In this document: piece after piece, positions 1 to 14,079 of the stretch
How positions within the stretch are numbered: position 1 is the first letter of the stretch
Layout: each line of letters starts with the position of its first letter
Assembly (NCBI GenBank): GCA_028534125.1
Contig: CM052816.1
Location: 50,284,001 to 50,348,000 of the forward strand
Direction: 5' to 3'
Source: Lama glama
Lineage: Eukaryota
Length of the DNA stretch: 64,000 bases
Program-made: the position numbers and the translations under genes
The notes under the pieces: generated by a model
What the model saw: the letters and a program-made list of their open reading frames with translations, nothing else
Told to the model about the DNA's origin: nothing
The model's database searches: none

Positions 1-3000
1 CAGAAGAAGAGGATGAGAAATACGGAACTTCCGAGTTCACCTTATGGAGTCCTGTCATAACTGCAGCATTTACCAGCATCAAATGGAAATTTCAATCTGG
101 ATTCTTGATTAGCCACATCTGGCCATGACTCAGTCCATTTTATGGTGCCTTTGCCCGATATTTATTTTCCCATCAATTGCTAGTAGTCATTCCACTCACC
201 CCAGACCCTCTCTGTGTCTTCCATGTGCTTCGACCTGCACACAAAGCACACTGAAATATGCTTTTTCATCAGCTAACTGACTGTGTTACACTCTTTGGCC
301 TTAGTTTTCTTATCTATTAAGTGAGGTGAAATGATCATGGAACTTCCATCCAGATTTGAGCAGGAGCCATGATGGCTGGGAAACAGGGGTCTTCAGGACA
401 GCAATTTGGCCGGGGCTTTATATGTTCAGGGCCTCAAATTTGGCCATTTGATCTGCATTCCATAAAGGCTATTTTATTTTTTATTTGTTTAAAGCACAAT
501 TTTAAGTGCTTAAAATGTGATACAATTTCTGCTATCCTGTTCTGGCATTTCTCCTTTTTTAAAAAAAATGTTCTAGGAGACAAAAAATGCAAACTCAAAA
601 AAAGTGTCTCAGATCTCTCTTGATGTCTCAGAGGGTGGGGCTCTATTATTCAATGAGTCTGTTCACATCTCTCATTCTTCCTATGGTCTATGAACGGGTT
701 ATTGAAGGATGGAGAAGAGATCTGGATTTAGGAAGTGACGAATTGGTGTTCCGACTAAACCCACATGTTTTGGTGACTGCCGGGGTGGAACCCCATAATT
801 CTGCCAAGTTGGGATTAGCACCAGTGCTGCTTCCTTTGGTGGAGATTCAGCCCAAAATCATGGTTAAGGAGAAATACAGGGAATCCAGTGTACAAGTGGA
901 CTTCAATTATTATAATCACCACAAATTGTTTTCAAGGTTTCAAAGAAAGAGAAATGAAAAACTCTCATCAAACACATTAACACATCATTTGTAACTGGCC
1001 TAATGGACATCTTTGTTGAAAACTATTCCTAATGAGACACATGAAAAGTGGCCCATAAATTGGGCCAAATTAGGCACAAAGATTGTCTCTGAGGCTTCTT
1101 GTATGTCATTTCACCACCACCTTCCACACACTTGGTTTCTCATCAGTCTTGTCCATCATAAGCTGTTCCTGTGAACCCTTGGCATCAAGGTAAGTTTCAC
1201 AAATTATTGTACAAAATAACCATTTATCACTTTCTATAGTCACAAAAGTTGTAAAAATATACTACACAGATGCTTCATTTTATACCTCAGAGATTTAAAT
1301 TTCATCCAGTTAGGTCCTTATTAAAGATTAGACACAAAAACATTTAGTGTGACTAGAACATTCCATGTATCTTGTGCTTTTATTTAAACCTAGGTTAAGT
1401 TTTGGAAGTCAATTTACTTTTTCAGGCCACTAGAGCATCATGTAGCAAGTAACAAGCAGAAGTCAACGAGGTATGGGGCAGGGTTCTGGAAAACTGGGTG
1501 CCTCTCACTCTCTGCTAACTTTTTGGCTCAAGCACACAAACTAATTTGTCCACACAAGACACCACTTCGAGTTTGCCACTATTAAATGAAGTCTGTTCTC
1601 TCAGTGTTCCTTCCTGCTCAGCAATTACCTATTCCAACCCAATCCAATTCTTTGGTAAAGGCTGAAGCAAAAGATAGCAGTGTCACCTTTACGTATTTCC
1701 AAGATCAAGTTTGACTCTGGTATTTCAGCCCACGTAGATGCATGAATATATTTTCTCGACATTTCAGGTGATGCCAAAAGGCAAAGTATGTTTTATGGGT
1801 AACAAATGACATCTCTGTTTTATAAAAACAACTTCTCTGAGAAGTAAGGCAGATTTTTCAAGGTTTCTGCAGATATCTAGAAATTCGGTCTCAAAGCAAA
1901 AATAAAAACCAAGACAAACAATGCAACAAACAAAAGCAAATACAAAAACCCCCCAAATTTTCCATTAAGATGATATCCACAAACACAGAAATATCAAGAA
2001 AAGCAAGTATATCACACTACATGGATAATGAGCCCACAACCAGGCAAGGGGCTTTTGGTCTGGCTGGAGTCTCCGATATTAGTGGAGAGTAAATGAAGTT
2101 AAGTGACCTACAAAATCCTGTGGGGGAAAAATAAGAACTTCTGGAAAGCACTTCTGCACTGTGGGTTAGGCTGTGGCTACCACCTCTGTACAGCATCTGC
2201 CTTATCTGGTGCTCAGACAAGAAGTACATGGGAGCAGGGCTCATTCCGGAGGAAGCTGACTTCCAAAAAGAGGTTAAGTCGCTGGCTTGAGAGAAGAATG
2301 CTCGGCAGCAGGAGATCCAGGATCTGAACGTCAGAGTTAGTGACTTCAGCCTGTTTCATCCCACTGTGACGTGATCTCCTCTCTGCCAAAAGAAAGTGCT
2401 GCTGGAATTATCTGCCAACAGAGCAGGCACTCGTGCTATCTGCAATCACTAGGGGGAACTGTGCCCAGTTAGCAGTAAGAGTTACTTCTCCTGTTGCAGA
2501 GGACATAATGAATGGGGTGGGTTTGGGATTAATTCTCTTTGGCAGCCATATCCTGGAGGGGAAAGGAGAGCCAGAATTATCTCACAGACAAACAGAAAGG
2601 AAAGCAAGTTGTACACCCACTGGATTTAAAACGATAGCCAGTTTCCTTTGTGACGTCTAACTTGAGCTGAGTAATGCACTGAAGTATATTGCCAGACTCT
2701 CAGAATGTAATATTTAACTCCTTATACTAATGGAGCCTATGGCATTGTGGCATGGGAAAAATGATACACTGCCAGGTTAAAAACCTAACAAAATTTAAAC
2801 TGCTTTTATTCTTCTTCACTTTAAAAAAGGCTGGGGCCAAAGCAAGTGGTAACTCCATCTGCTAGTGCGGCAGAAGGAGGTCAAGTCAGAGCTCACCTCC
2901 TTGTGGCCATAACATTCACCTGTCCCGCGTCCTCTTATTAAGGATGCTAGGCGATGAATGGCTTTTCACCTTGGTAAACTATGTCGTGCTCACCGGTTAA

Positions 3001-3049
3001 TATTCTGTGTCTCCCAGTAATCTATTTGCTTTGTGGTAGGGCAGGACCT

Positions 3050-3521
3050 CACTGTGTTCTTGAATAACTAACAAGGCTTTTTACTGTGCTGTGAAACCAC
3101 CAATAACTATATAGTAGTTTTCTTTAAATTGACTCACTTCTTTTATTGTTTTAAAAGATTATATCACTATTGTAACGGGATAGACTATATTATTTGCCTT
3201 AAATAAAGGAGGTAGGTATAAAAAATATATATACAATGAATATAAAACAATGCTTTAAAGTTTAGGTAAATATTGTTTCCTTGTACTAACAGCACTGAAT
3301 GTGCAGTGTAGATATTCTCTCTGTGGAAAAAGAAAAAAGAAAAATGGAGAGAGGGCAGGAGACACTGTAAGAAGGGTCAAATACATGCCAACACTAACTT
3401 AAGATCTTCTCTTTTGTGTGATCAGAGGATTGAAAGAAAATTGATTTAAAAAAATCAATTTTTCATTGTGGGATTCAAAGCAGGTCACTGCCATTGTGCT
3501 GTCTCACCTTGGGAAATACTG
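3050..3521. mobile_element. Possible old hAT-Charlie-type DNA transposon remnant
   Basis: Ends (ctgtgttc... / ...ttgggaaatactg) resemble degenerate Charlie TIRs around an AT-rich interior. Confidence 0.3.
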
Positions 3522-5579
3522 CAGTGAAGAGTTTTTGCAAATCAGGCCTCAATTTGAAAGAGCATTTCTTGGTTAGATGCTAGTGAGAAAGACAACTTGA
3601 GACAGGGTTGGGTGTCGCCTTTCCTCCACAGTCAATCCCACTGAACACAATATGAATTTTGCACTCAGATATCTCGAGTGGCTTGGTCTTACTGGTGAGG
3701 AGGGATGAATAATTTGAAACAAATAACTACTAAACAAACCAATGCTCAGTTAAGGGTGTGGGATATCTGAGTCCCTGGGCACACAAGGAGCTTCTGGGCT
3801 CCTCTGCATGAATAACCCACACAACGATGCTCCTTCTAGGCAAATTAGAAACGAGCCACGTCTGATGGAAGCAGCCCCACAGGGCCCAGGGCATGGCAAG
3901 CAGAAGGCAAGTAGAAGGGAAGCGGGATTTCTGCAACTCTTTCTCCGCCCTGGGGAAGCACTATCCGTGATCAAAGGAGGGAGGGAAACCCCACTCAGAC
4001 TCGCAAAGTATTGGCCCTTGGATGCTCTATTTTCCAAGATCTGATGGTGTTTGTTGTGTTGAATAGGGACTAAGGAGCGCATTAGCACAAAAGCATCCTG
4101 CTGTAACAAAGAGTGAAGAAAACCCATTTATGTGTTGAAATACATTGCAAGTGTTCTAAAGAACAGATTTTTATAATGCAAATAATTATTATTAACATAC
4201 GAAAGAAAATGTTTAGCCTCTTGTTTAAATCATCATCCAGTGGCTTTATACATGTTTTGTAGCAAATCAGAATAGCAACCACCCAATCTTTTGGAGTATG
4301 AGGATTGTTTTATGCTATACATTCTACTTTCCATGTCTCTAGTTTGAGAAAACACACAATGATCAAAGGCTGCTATTGATACAGCACAGCAAGTAAGCCA
4401 ATTTGGATTTTATTCATCACTTCATCCACAGACATTTAAAAAATAGTAGTGTGTGTGTATATGACACATTATTTATTTAGTCTACCATACTAAATGTGCA
4501 TGTGGATTTACAGGCTCCTTACAATAAATACTGCTACCCCCAGGGGCCCAAGACCTACTGGTTGGGAACCACAGGGTAGGACAGGCTTATGATTGATGAC
4601 AACAAGGAGGGCCTGGGGCACATCTGCTGGTCTTCCACTGCTTTTGTCATCATGACCCTCAGACTTTCTTCCTGACACTCCGCACTCTGATTTGTTTACT
4701 GAAAATATTTTCTGTATAAACTTCAACAAGTTGGTTATGACTTTCCACAGCGGAAAGATTTTTTTCCATGCTAAAAAATGAATTCTGTTTTGAATAGAGA
4801 CTTGAACAACTGGGAGAAAAGTTGTTTTAAATTCAAGATGCACCAGGGCTACTACTGCATTTCATGCTACGTTCTTCTTTAAGCCAGGAGGTGATACGTG
4901 GTTGTTGGCTGCATGGCTCTCCATACCTTTGTGACCTACATATTTAATAATAAATGAAAGCACAAGGATTTCCTGCAGCTCAAGTTACAGCAGTTTCCCT
5001 TGACATTGTTCTCACAACAGGCCAACAAAATCTACCAATAAAGTTATTGTTTGTTGCACAAAGCAGAGCAAAGCAACATTGTACACTTCTTTCTGAGGGC
5101 CTACTGGAATTTCAACCCATTTGTCCTAGCAAATGCTGTCAGAACTTGTGATTCAAAACATGCTTGTGGACTTCAGCCCCATGGCACTTCCCTTCTCTTG
5201 GGTCTGCCTCATGTGTGACCCAAAGGACGGTTCTGACCTATTCACAAGTGTTCTCCAGCCTCTCCTGTGTCTGTTCCTGCAGGCATGCCTCCCCCCACCC
5301 CCATCAGCAGCGCCCTCCTCTTATCAGGGCACAACTTTCCAATAAATGAGTCTAGACTTGTCTACATGGACTCAGAGCCTAGCCAGTTTCAACCCCACTC
5401 TACCCTGGCTTCTGCCCTGGTTACCCCACTGAAAGTGCTCATGTCGTGGTCACACGCCACTTCCATATGAGCCCAAAGGTCACTTTTTGGTTCTCGGCTC
5501 ACTTGGCTCTCTCAGATGCATCTGACATGTTGACACTCCTCCTTTGAACACTTTCTTAAGTCTGTTTCCATTGTACGGG

Positions 5580-6430
5580 TTTATTTATTCATTCAGGAAG
5601 ACTTGTTCCAAGTACAAAGACTAGAACAGTGAAATAGAAAGACTGAGTTCTTGTCTTTATGAATGACAGTGTGAGAGGAACAGAGAGGCAAACACGCAAT
5701 TACAACAGAGTGTGCTAAATATTACGGTGGGGAAAACTCGACGTAAAGAAACGACTTCCAAGGAATGCCTATCAGGATGTTGCAGGGCAGGGAAACTTTC
5801 CGGAAGAGGTGAATCTAACTCAAGACTTGAAAGACGAATAGGAGGGGAAGAGAATGGAGGGAATGTAGTGAGAAAGGGGACCCAAGACAAAGGGAAGAGC
5901 AGATGCAGGGGCTTGGAAGTGAAGAGAGAACATGGAGAGGTGGATTAATTCAGCGCCAGTGAAACATAGGGTGTCTTGGGGGAAAGAGTAACAAAGGAGA
6001 AAATGATAACAATGTCACTGGAGGGAGGAGGAATCATATGACAGGCCCTGAAACACAATCTAAGAAGACTGGACTCTTTTAGGCAGTGGGGAGCCATTGA
6101 AGAATGTGGAGCTGGAAAATGATTAAGTGGAAGAAAGGATTGAACTAGGGCAAGGTTAGAGGAAGGAAGACTTCTTAGGGATCTGTGGACTGACCCAGGC
6201 AACAGATGTTGGTAGTGTCGGTGGAGATAGAAAGAACTGGTCATTACACAGGAAGGAACAGTATAATTTGGTGATTGGTTGGGAGCTAGGACGGAGAACA
6301 ACATCTGATCAGGGAGACAGAAGAGTCAATAATAATTGTGATAAAGTTGGTGCCTTTCACCAATTTGGAAAACATCCAAGTAGGAACAAGATGTGGCTAA
6401 AGCAAGAAGGGAGAGGATGAGTTCTGTTGA
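5580..6430 (-). mobile_element. L2 LINE fragment
   Basis: attcattcattca 3'-end motif followed by the purine-rich antisense L2 body. Confidence 0.7.
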
Positions 6431-7492
6431 GCTAGCTGACACTCTTCCCAAGCAGAGACACACTTAGACAGGCAGGCAGTGGGGATCCTGAAAGGTACTG
6501 GCTCTCCTCTGTCTCTTTCATGTTTAAGCAAAGGAAGGAGGGAATAATGATGCTGTCTCTGTTCCTGGGACCTGTCTCAGGGAGCATGCCTGAGTGACCC
6601 ATGATGCAAGATGTGCAGAGTGGGGCGTGACATGTTTCTAGGGGGTCTCTTCCTTACTTTTAAGTGGGAAGACGACAATGCCCACAACAGACAGACAGAC
6701 AGAAGCCACTGCTCAAGAGCCATGACTCTGAGAAATGGGGTATCGGGGACCCTGCAACAAGAATCCGATACTTAGTGCCAAAGATCACATAACCTCATTG
6801 CAACATTCTCAACAGTATCCTTTAAGAGGCCTCAGTGGTCACAGAGGGTAAGTTTAGGGGAAGTTGAAGCAGTTCTGAAATAGCTAAAACCTGAGCTGGG
6901 GGCTCTTGTCTTTACTCAGGCTCCTGGCAAGGTCTTGGTGATATATCCAGGTTTGAGATCAGCAAATCAGACCAAATTGAAATGAGTCAGATTAAATGTA
7001 AAGGAAGGAAAACATTAGCTTTCTCATCTTTGTTGGCTTGTGCATTTTCTTTTGTATTTTAGTGGTGCATACCATTTGCAGTGGAGATCTTATTTCTTGC
7101 AAGATCATTGCTTTTGCAATCCTATCTGGAGTAATTTGTAAAATTGAAAAAAATGAGGAAACATAGTTCAGTCATTTCTAAGAAACCATTCAAATTGCTA
7201 TATATTTGTTTAATGCTGATACCTTTCTAACACACTTAGTTGAAATATTGTGCCTCTCTGTGCTGTGAGCAGGACAAAAATGAAAGAATTCAAATGCTGC
7301 AGTGCAAGGGGACCATTTTTCTGTTTTCAACATGAGTTTTCCAGTTCATATTCACATTGCTTCTCATCTATCACGTCCTCTGTCTCTCTCCATGCTAATA
7401 TTTTATATACTAACACAACCTGCCTCGTCAAAAGGCTATCAGTACACTACCAATGGAGGAAGTCTGTTAGGAACGTCCAGGAAATTAATGAG

Positions 7493-7579
7493 TTATTTTT
7501 TAACGGAGGTACTGGAGGTTGAACTGAGGACCTTGTGCATGCTAAGCATGTGCTCTACCACTGAGCTATACCTCCCCCC
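7493..7579 (-). mobile_element. tRNA-Ala-derived camelid SINE (vic-1 type), short form
   Basis: The reverse complement is ggggggaggtatagctcagtggtagagcacatgcttagcatgcacaaggtcctcagttcaacctccagtacctcc plus an A tail, with A/B boxes. TSD aattaatgag at 7483-7492 and 7582-7591. Confidence 0.88.
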
Positions 7580-7984
7580 AGAATTAATGAGATTTTTTTA
7601 AGTGGAGTGCCCAGAAAATTCTATTTAGTGTATGTTTAGGGTCGAAATTTCTTCTACAAATGAGTAAATTTCTTCTAAGATAAGGACAATGGCAGGAGCT
7701 GTGGGATTACAGCTCTTCAGTGACCTGGATTTCTGTATGCAGAGTCGGCTCAGCATCCCAACAGGGCTTTGCACAAGGATGGCCAACTCCCTTCTGCGGT
7801 ATTAGTCATCGCTGGCCACACCAGGGAGTGTGCAACTCAGTTTACAGGACTGTGCCACGAACCTCAGGGGAGTGTTTAGTTAGTCACCAGCAACCAGCTT
7901 TTTGTTGCCTCCTGCATCACAAAGTCCCCATCCTTCTTCTGTGACCGTTTTGGCTAAGATGGAAGTGGCATTTTAACACTAACT

Positions 7985-8195
7985 ATTTAACACTAGCTAT
8001 TCTTGTGCACCAGGCACTGTGCTCAACGCTGTTTTGCGTGATCTCATTTCATCCTCAGAACCACCTGCAATGTGAGATTATTGGCTGCATTTTTGAAATG
8101 AAAAAACTGAAGTTCAGGGAGAGGAAGGCATTTCACCCAGAACTAGGGTTTGAACCCAACTGTTTGATTCTTGAATCTGTTTTCTCAATCACTGG
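7985..8195 (-). mobile_element. MIR SINE
   Basis: caggcactgtgct...tcatttcatcctca...aaactgaagttcag...gggtttgaaccca matches the antisense MIR core. Confidence 0.75.
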
Positions 8196-10510
8196 ATCAA
8201 TGATTTGCATATTTTGTTCCCAAAGGATGAGGGGGCCAAGTTCCAGGATCCTACCCTAACCAAGCAGCTCTTTTTTTGTTGCTTTATATACTGAGGTTCA
8301 AAGCAGAGCTCATTGAAATAAGGGTCCACAGACATGTTTAAAAAAACAGTTAGAAGCGCCTGCATTTGCTCTGTTGTCTCTGGGCAGCATCTGAAGCAGC
8401 CCTACTGCACAGAGAACCCAGAAGTGCCCGTGCTGTGCAGCCTAGGGCCACTAAATGATGGATCAAAAACAAGTCCCACTGATGGGTTACCAAGTCTAAA
8501 ATCTTATGTCAGTAACTCTAAGTTAGATCAGTGTCAAACTGACCATATGACAAGACAAAGGGTAGCCTAGTACAAGTTAACTCCCATCTATCTTGGACAT
8601 CAATTTATTAGCTACCTTGTCATTCAGGAATGTCCCAGAACAAGAGACATGGGCAGGTATATTTTGTTAGTGAGGAGGACAGAAACAGTGGGGACTCAAT
8701 GAAGAGCTCAGGAGAGGTCAAGTGGGACAGATGGAGGAAAAAGCTGTCTTTTTTTTCCCCCCAAAATGGGCTAGTCCTACATAGCAGAAATTAAAACAGA
8801 GAGAGAGAGAGAGAGCAGAGTTTATTTCATTGCAGAGTTTATTTTAAAGGAAATTAATGAAGTTTAATTTTTTTAGGCCACACTAAGAAAACATATTGTG
8901 AGTCTCTTTATAATTTTTCCTATACAGTTCAACAGCTAGAAAAATATTACTGTCTTCCTTCTAGAGACAATTTTTATTTCACAATTCAGAAAAGATGTGA
9001 GAATTTACTGTACGGCATGAAAACCTTTCGGAATCAAAGCATCACTATTATCTACCAGATAAACGAAGCCCACATCACAGAGAAGTAATGTACATAAACC
9101 ACAAACACTCACCAAATCTTATGCAATGGGATTTGCTGCATGAGACTGTGCTTCAAAGTTCTGGGACACCAAAAGGCAGAAGCTGAGGAATCTACTACTT
9201 TGATGCTGCAAGTAAATTTTTATACCCCAAGAAGTGAGACCTAGAGCAGACGTATTTTTCATTCTGAGAAAACCAACCCAATTCTACAAAATAAAGAAAG
9301 TAAATACCCTCTGTTCTTGGGAGAGAGGTAATAACCTGGATTCAGACACTTTAGACCCAGAGGTCCATTTAGTCACAGAAATCAAATTTGATCTAACAGA
9401 CTTCTCTTTCTCTGCAGACACTTTTTGGGGTGGGAGAGGGCAGATCCAGGAAAGAAAACTTTTCTTTTTTCTTTATATGGATTTTTGCTGCTTTACAAGA
9501 GCATATCATTGTTTATTGTTAAGATCCTCAGAGCTAGCAGGTCCGTGTGTGTGCGTGTCTATACAAAATGCATGTGTTTATCTGTTATTGTTCCCAAATG
9601 ACAAGATCTTAGTATCAGAGAATCTGAAGACTGCACGAAAGCTGGGTATGTCTGAACTTGACGTTTTGTAAAAGGTTCTTGACTGGGCTGCAGATGCCCC
9701 ATACTTAGTGCAATGAATGACTCAAGAGCCACAATTTGGGTGAAATATGCTGATACTGAACCATTGGCCTGCTGAAGTATATACAGTAAGGCTGATTTTG
9801 AGGCAGGGCTTGGAGCTTCCCTTGGAGAATTAACACAATCGTCCTGAAAAGAGAGGTCCTGGGAAATGCAGTGATGGGCCAGGAAGGTGACTTTAGGATG
9901 AGGAGGGGTGGACTTCTTTTTCTCTCTGAGCCTCATGATGATTGGGCCAGGAGGGGAGACCCGTTAGAGGAGACTCCCACGGAGGGGCGTGCATACGTGT
10001 GTGCTGGAGGCTATGTGTTGATAAGCTGGTTCTTGCAACACAGCAACGTTACTGGTGACTTCCTAGAGGTCTGGCTATGTTAATTAAATTAGCCAATGTG
10101 GTGCATTTTCCTTGTATAACTGCCAACTTCTCAGGCTTTCAGGTAATCAGTATTGCAGTGTGGAGTGACCACTGAATTTACCAATATGGAGTTCACTGGA
10201 GAGCTTGACAAAGACTTATTTAAAGTAACAGCCTGGTCTCTGCTGGGCTGTGGGGAATCAAAGAAGGTCTGATGCCACTTTTTGGGGTAGAGCAATATGG
10301 TGGGGCAGCAGCAGCTTAAGGAAAGTCATTCTAGGGAGATAAATGAATGAGCAGTGGCCCACAGACCACATAAGGAGCAGGGATGTAAGGCCTGAGCCAG
10401 ATAGTTGGCTGCCATGATAAATGATGACCAGGGTGGACCTGTAGAGAGAAGAGCCCAACAGTCACATGAAGTGAAGGCTCAGATCTTTATTTTGGATATT
10501 TAAAGTTAAT

Positions 10511-11350
10511 ATGAACATGAGAGTGCAACTATCTCTTCAAGAGAGTGATTTAATTTCCTTTGGATATGTACAGAAGTGGGATCACTGGATCATTAGGTAT
10601 TTATAATTTTTTGAAGAACCTCCACACTGTTTTCCATAGTGGCCGAACTAATTCACATTCTCACCAACAGTGCACAAGGTTTTCCTTTTCTCCACATCCT
10701 CACCAACACCTATCTTTCACTTTTTGAGGAAAGCCACCCTAACTGGTATTTTATTATGGTTCTGAGCTGCATTTCCCTGGTGCCTAGTGATATTGGGCAT
10801 CTTTTCATAACCTGTTGGGATTTGTATGTCTTCTTTGGAAAAATGTCTATTTAGGTTCTTTGCACATTTTTAAATATGGTTATTTAGGGTTTTTTTTTCT
10901 TTTTTGCTATTGAGTCATAGAAATTCCTTAAATATTTTGCATATTAATCCCTTATCAGACATATGACTTGCAAATATTTCCTCCTATTCCATAGGTCGCC
11001 TTTTCATTATCTTGATCATTTCTTTTGCTGTGAAGAAACTTTTTAGTTTGATGCTGTCCCACTTGTTTATGCTTTCTTTTGCAATCTGTGCTTTGATGTC
11101 AATTCCAAAAATTTGTTTCCAAGTCCAACATCAAGGAGCTTACCCTCTATGTTTTCTCCTAGGAGTTTTATGGTTTCAGGGCTTACATTTAAGTCTTTAA
11201 TCCATTTTGAGTTGATATTTGTCTATGGTGTAAGAAAAGAGTCCTATTTCATTCTTTTGCTATGTGGTAATCCAGTTTCCCCAACACCATTTATTGAAGA
11301 GACTATCGTTTCCCTATTATGTATTCTTGGTACTTTTGTTGAAAATTAGT
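10511..11350 (-). mobile_element. L1 (L1MA-like) inverted 5' segment, ORF2 3' region
   Basis: Antisense L1 ORF2 motifs (tttgctgtgaagaaactttttagtttgat, ttttctcctaggagttttatggtttcagg). ORFs 10639, 11012 and 11113 are typical antisense-L1 translations. Confidence 0.88.
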
Positions 11351-11812
11351 TCATTGTAGCATTATTATTTATAGTAGCCAAAATGGATATACACTATCGG
11401 TCAAAAGATGAATGAATAAAGAAAATACACACACATACACACACATAGACAATGGACTATTATTCAGCTTTTAAAAACAAGGAAATCCTGCCATTTGCAA
11501 CAATTTGGATGAGCCTGGAGGACATTATGCTAAGTGAAATAAGCCAGACACAGAAAGATAAATATCATATGATTTCACTTATATGTAGAAATAAAAAAAG
11601 AAGCCAAACTCATAGTAACAGAGAGTAAAATGGTGGTTATAATAGGCTGGAGGGTGAGGGAAAATGGGAGATACTGATCAAAGGGCACACGTTTTCAGCT
11701 TGTAAGATGAATACGTCTAGAGACCTAATATACAGCTTAGTGATTAGAGTTAATAATAATGTTTTGCATACTTGAAATTTGCTAAGAGAACTGATCTCAA
11801 GAGTTCTCACTC
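11351..11812 (+). mobile_element. L1MA-like 3' end (sense segment of the same insertion)
   Basis: ggaaatcctgccatttgcaacaatttggatgagcctggaggacattatgctaagtgaaataagccag...gaaatttgctaagaga is an L1MA 3' region. Confidence 0.88.
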
Positions 11813-14079
11813 AAGTTATTTTTTCTTAGGTTGAATTTATCTAATCACTCAGTTTTATTCTATTTAGATTTTTATTTTTATCTTGGCACTTTTGGATATT
11901 TCTGAACAATGCAATTGGCAGTGAGTCTAGGAGATGGAGTTTATTGTTTCTTAATGGACACATGTCTCTAGTTTGTGAATTATGGGCCCAAAATGCAATG
12001 ATAGCTCTGAAAATAAAAGCCAGGCACAAAGAAGTTTGCTTTTAATCTTCACATAGGGCCCTAAAACAGTATATGTGCCTTAGCCTTCTGGGACTAAAGA
12101 CATCATGCTTTCCCACGACCCAAAATAGAAAATCATTCCACTGTTCCTGGGACAGCATGGAACACACACTATGTGAAGGAGTCATAAAATATTTCACTTG
12201 TTTTATCTTACTGTTTCCTCTAGCTAGTTCCCTTTATTTTGGCAGGAGGTGGGATGTGATGGCCTACATTAGTCTCTTCCATGTCTAATTCCCAGATTCT
12301 GGGACACTAGTTTTACTTTCCTACTTAAAAACATATAAACTTTCAAAAGTTACCCAGAAAGGGTTGCACTGAAGGCAAATATCCTATCAGTTATAATTTG
12401 GTCTGGAACTATTTCTTTGAATAAGATTTCCGTTGCCTTTTAAGCAGATCAGTCACATGAAGCAAACTTACGGTATAGTAAGTGGTATTTCCTGAGGTGA
12501 TGGATCTCCTGCCTAATGGCCTCTGAGCACAAGTCTCACGAACCTTAATGTTTTTTGCACACAAGCCTACAAATGCCCACTGCAGATTTTACCAAATCAG
12601 CTTCCTTCTGTGTACAGGGTTTGAAAAGTCTAGGCAGGCAATTCAAACAAAATTGTGTTTGCCTCTCTTCACTTTTTTTTTTTCCCCAAGCTTATACCCC
12701 TGGGTTTCTGTTAACATAAAAAAAAAAAAAGATACTTAAAGCCGCACTTCAGCCACCTTGTAAAATGAAAGAGTACATTGTACAGGCACCAAAGGTACAC
12801 GTCAGTCCTTTTATCAAATTCAAGGCCCTGCTTGGCTGCACTAATTGGAAACATGTGTTGAAAATGCAAGACAGGATTTTCAGCTGTTCTCTAATTAAAT
12901 GGAATAAAATGAGGACTAAACCTCACCTTTCTTTATAAGACAAGGCTTATAAAAAAATGATCTTGAGTAAGGATGCCCGCTCCTGTTTCAGGGCTCCCGG
13001 GACTTGGCAGTTGTTTTAATGTAGAAAACAGTTTCAGTGAATCTATGATATGATTTAGCCATATTCATAGAAGGGCTGGTTGCTTCTCTGATAAGGAGAT
13101 GAAGGGAAGTGATAGAAAACCTAATTATTTTCAAGTGCATTGGAAGATAGACTCATGAAGATTTTTAAATATCCTTATAAAGTTCAGTTACACAAAAATC
13201 ATAAGTGAGGTGGAAAAAGTACCTCCTCATGCACTTGCCCCTGAAATCTGTGAAGAAACAGTGGCCAATATGTGTATTTACTAGAAAGACAGTGAGAAAT
13301 ATTGTCTCACGTTTTGTGTTGAAACTTGAAAACAGAATATAATTTGATTTTTTTAAAAAGCGCAAGTTCTGCTACTTTATATTTGGGGAAAAAAATAGTC
13401 TGTAGCTTTAACTGTCCTGGGATCAAACTTCCAGGGAATAAAAGGTTAGTTCACAATGTCTCCTTTCAGGATTTAAGCCCCTCTTTCATGATGCTTTATG
13501 TTATTTAGCATCCTTCGAATGGCACCAGTGTATTGAAATGCACTCCATCCCTCCCCCAACAAGGTTTGGATCTAGAACTGGTACCTTTGTACAAAGTGCT
13601 GAAGCCTTAGGAAATAAATGTGAACATTGCCTCCAACAGCTTAGTCGCAGCTACAGCCACCAGAAAGAGGTGCAAGAAGTGAATTAACGAGGACAGCGGC
13701 AGCAATTCCTCCAGAGGTGTATACAAGCAGCATTCTCCAGAAAACAGGAATGTCAAAGCACGGCTGAGAACGTTCAAGAAAGGACGATAGTTGCACAAAA
13801 GGCTTAAAAATATCCTGAAATCACGCTGAAAGGAAATGATGAAACCACTTCTGCTTGTACCAAAGCCCCGGCCCAGGCACCAGATCGGGGGCTCTGTTTG
13901 TTGTGGGCGGGTTGTCACTCTACCAGGAGTCTCTCAACTTCCCGAGACTGTTGGAAAACTTGTATCAGTGGCAGTATGAAGTGGATTTTGACAATTTTCC
14001 AGACAGGCTGGGAAGAGCATCAGAGAGTTACATAAACTGCAAAGAAATGGGAGACCTCTGGGTGCCTGTGGTTATGCCC

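Noticed and set aside
587..994. 135-aa ORF and similar 60-145-aa ORFs in the track (e.g. 9234-9671, 13607-13918, 42583-42906)
   Set aside because: No recognisable protein similarity or consistent splice structure; the lengths are what chance would give.
7493..7579. tRNA-Ala gene (also 39627-39700 and 41063-41140)
   Set aside because: A-rich tails, TSDs (two of the three copies) and degenerate stems identify them as SINE copies.
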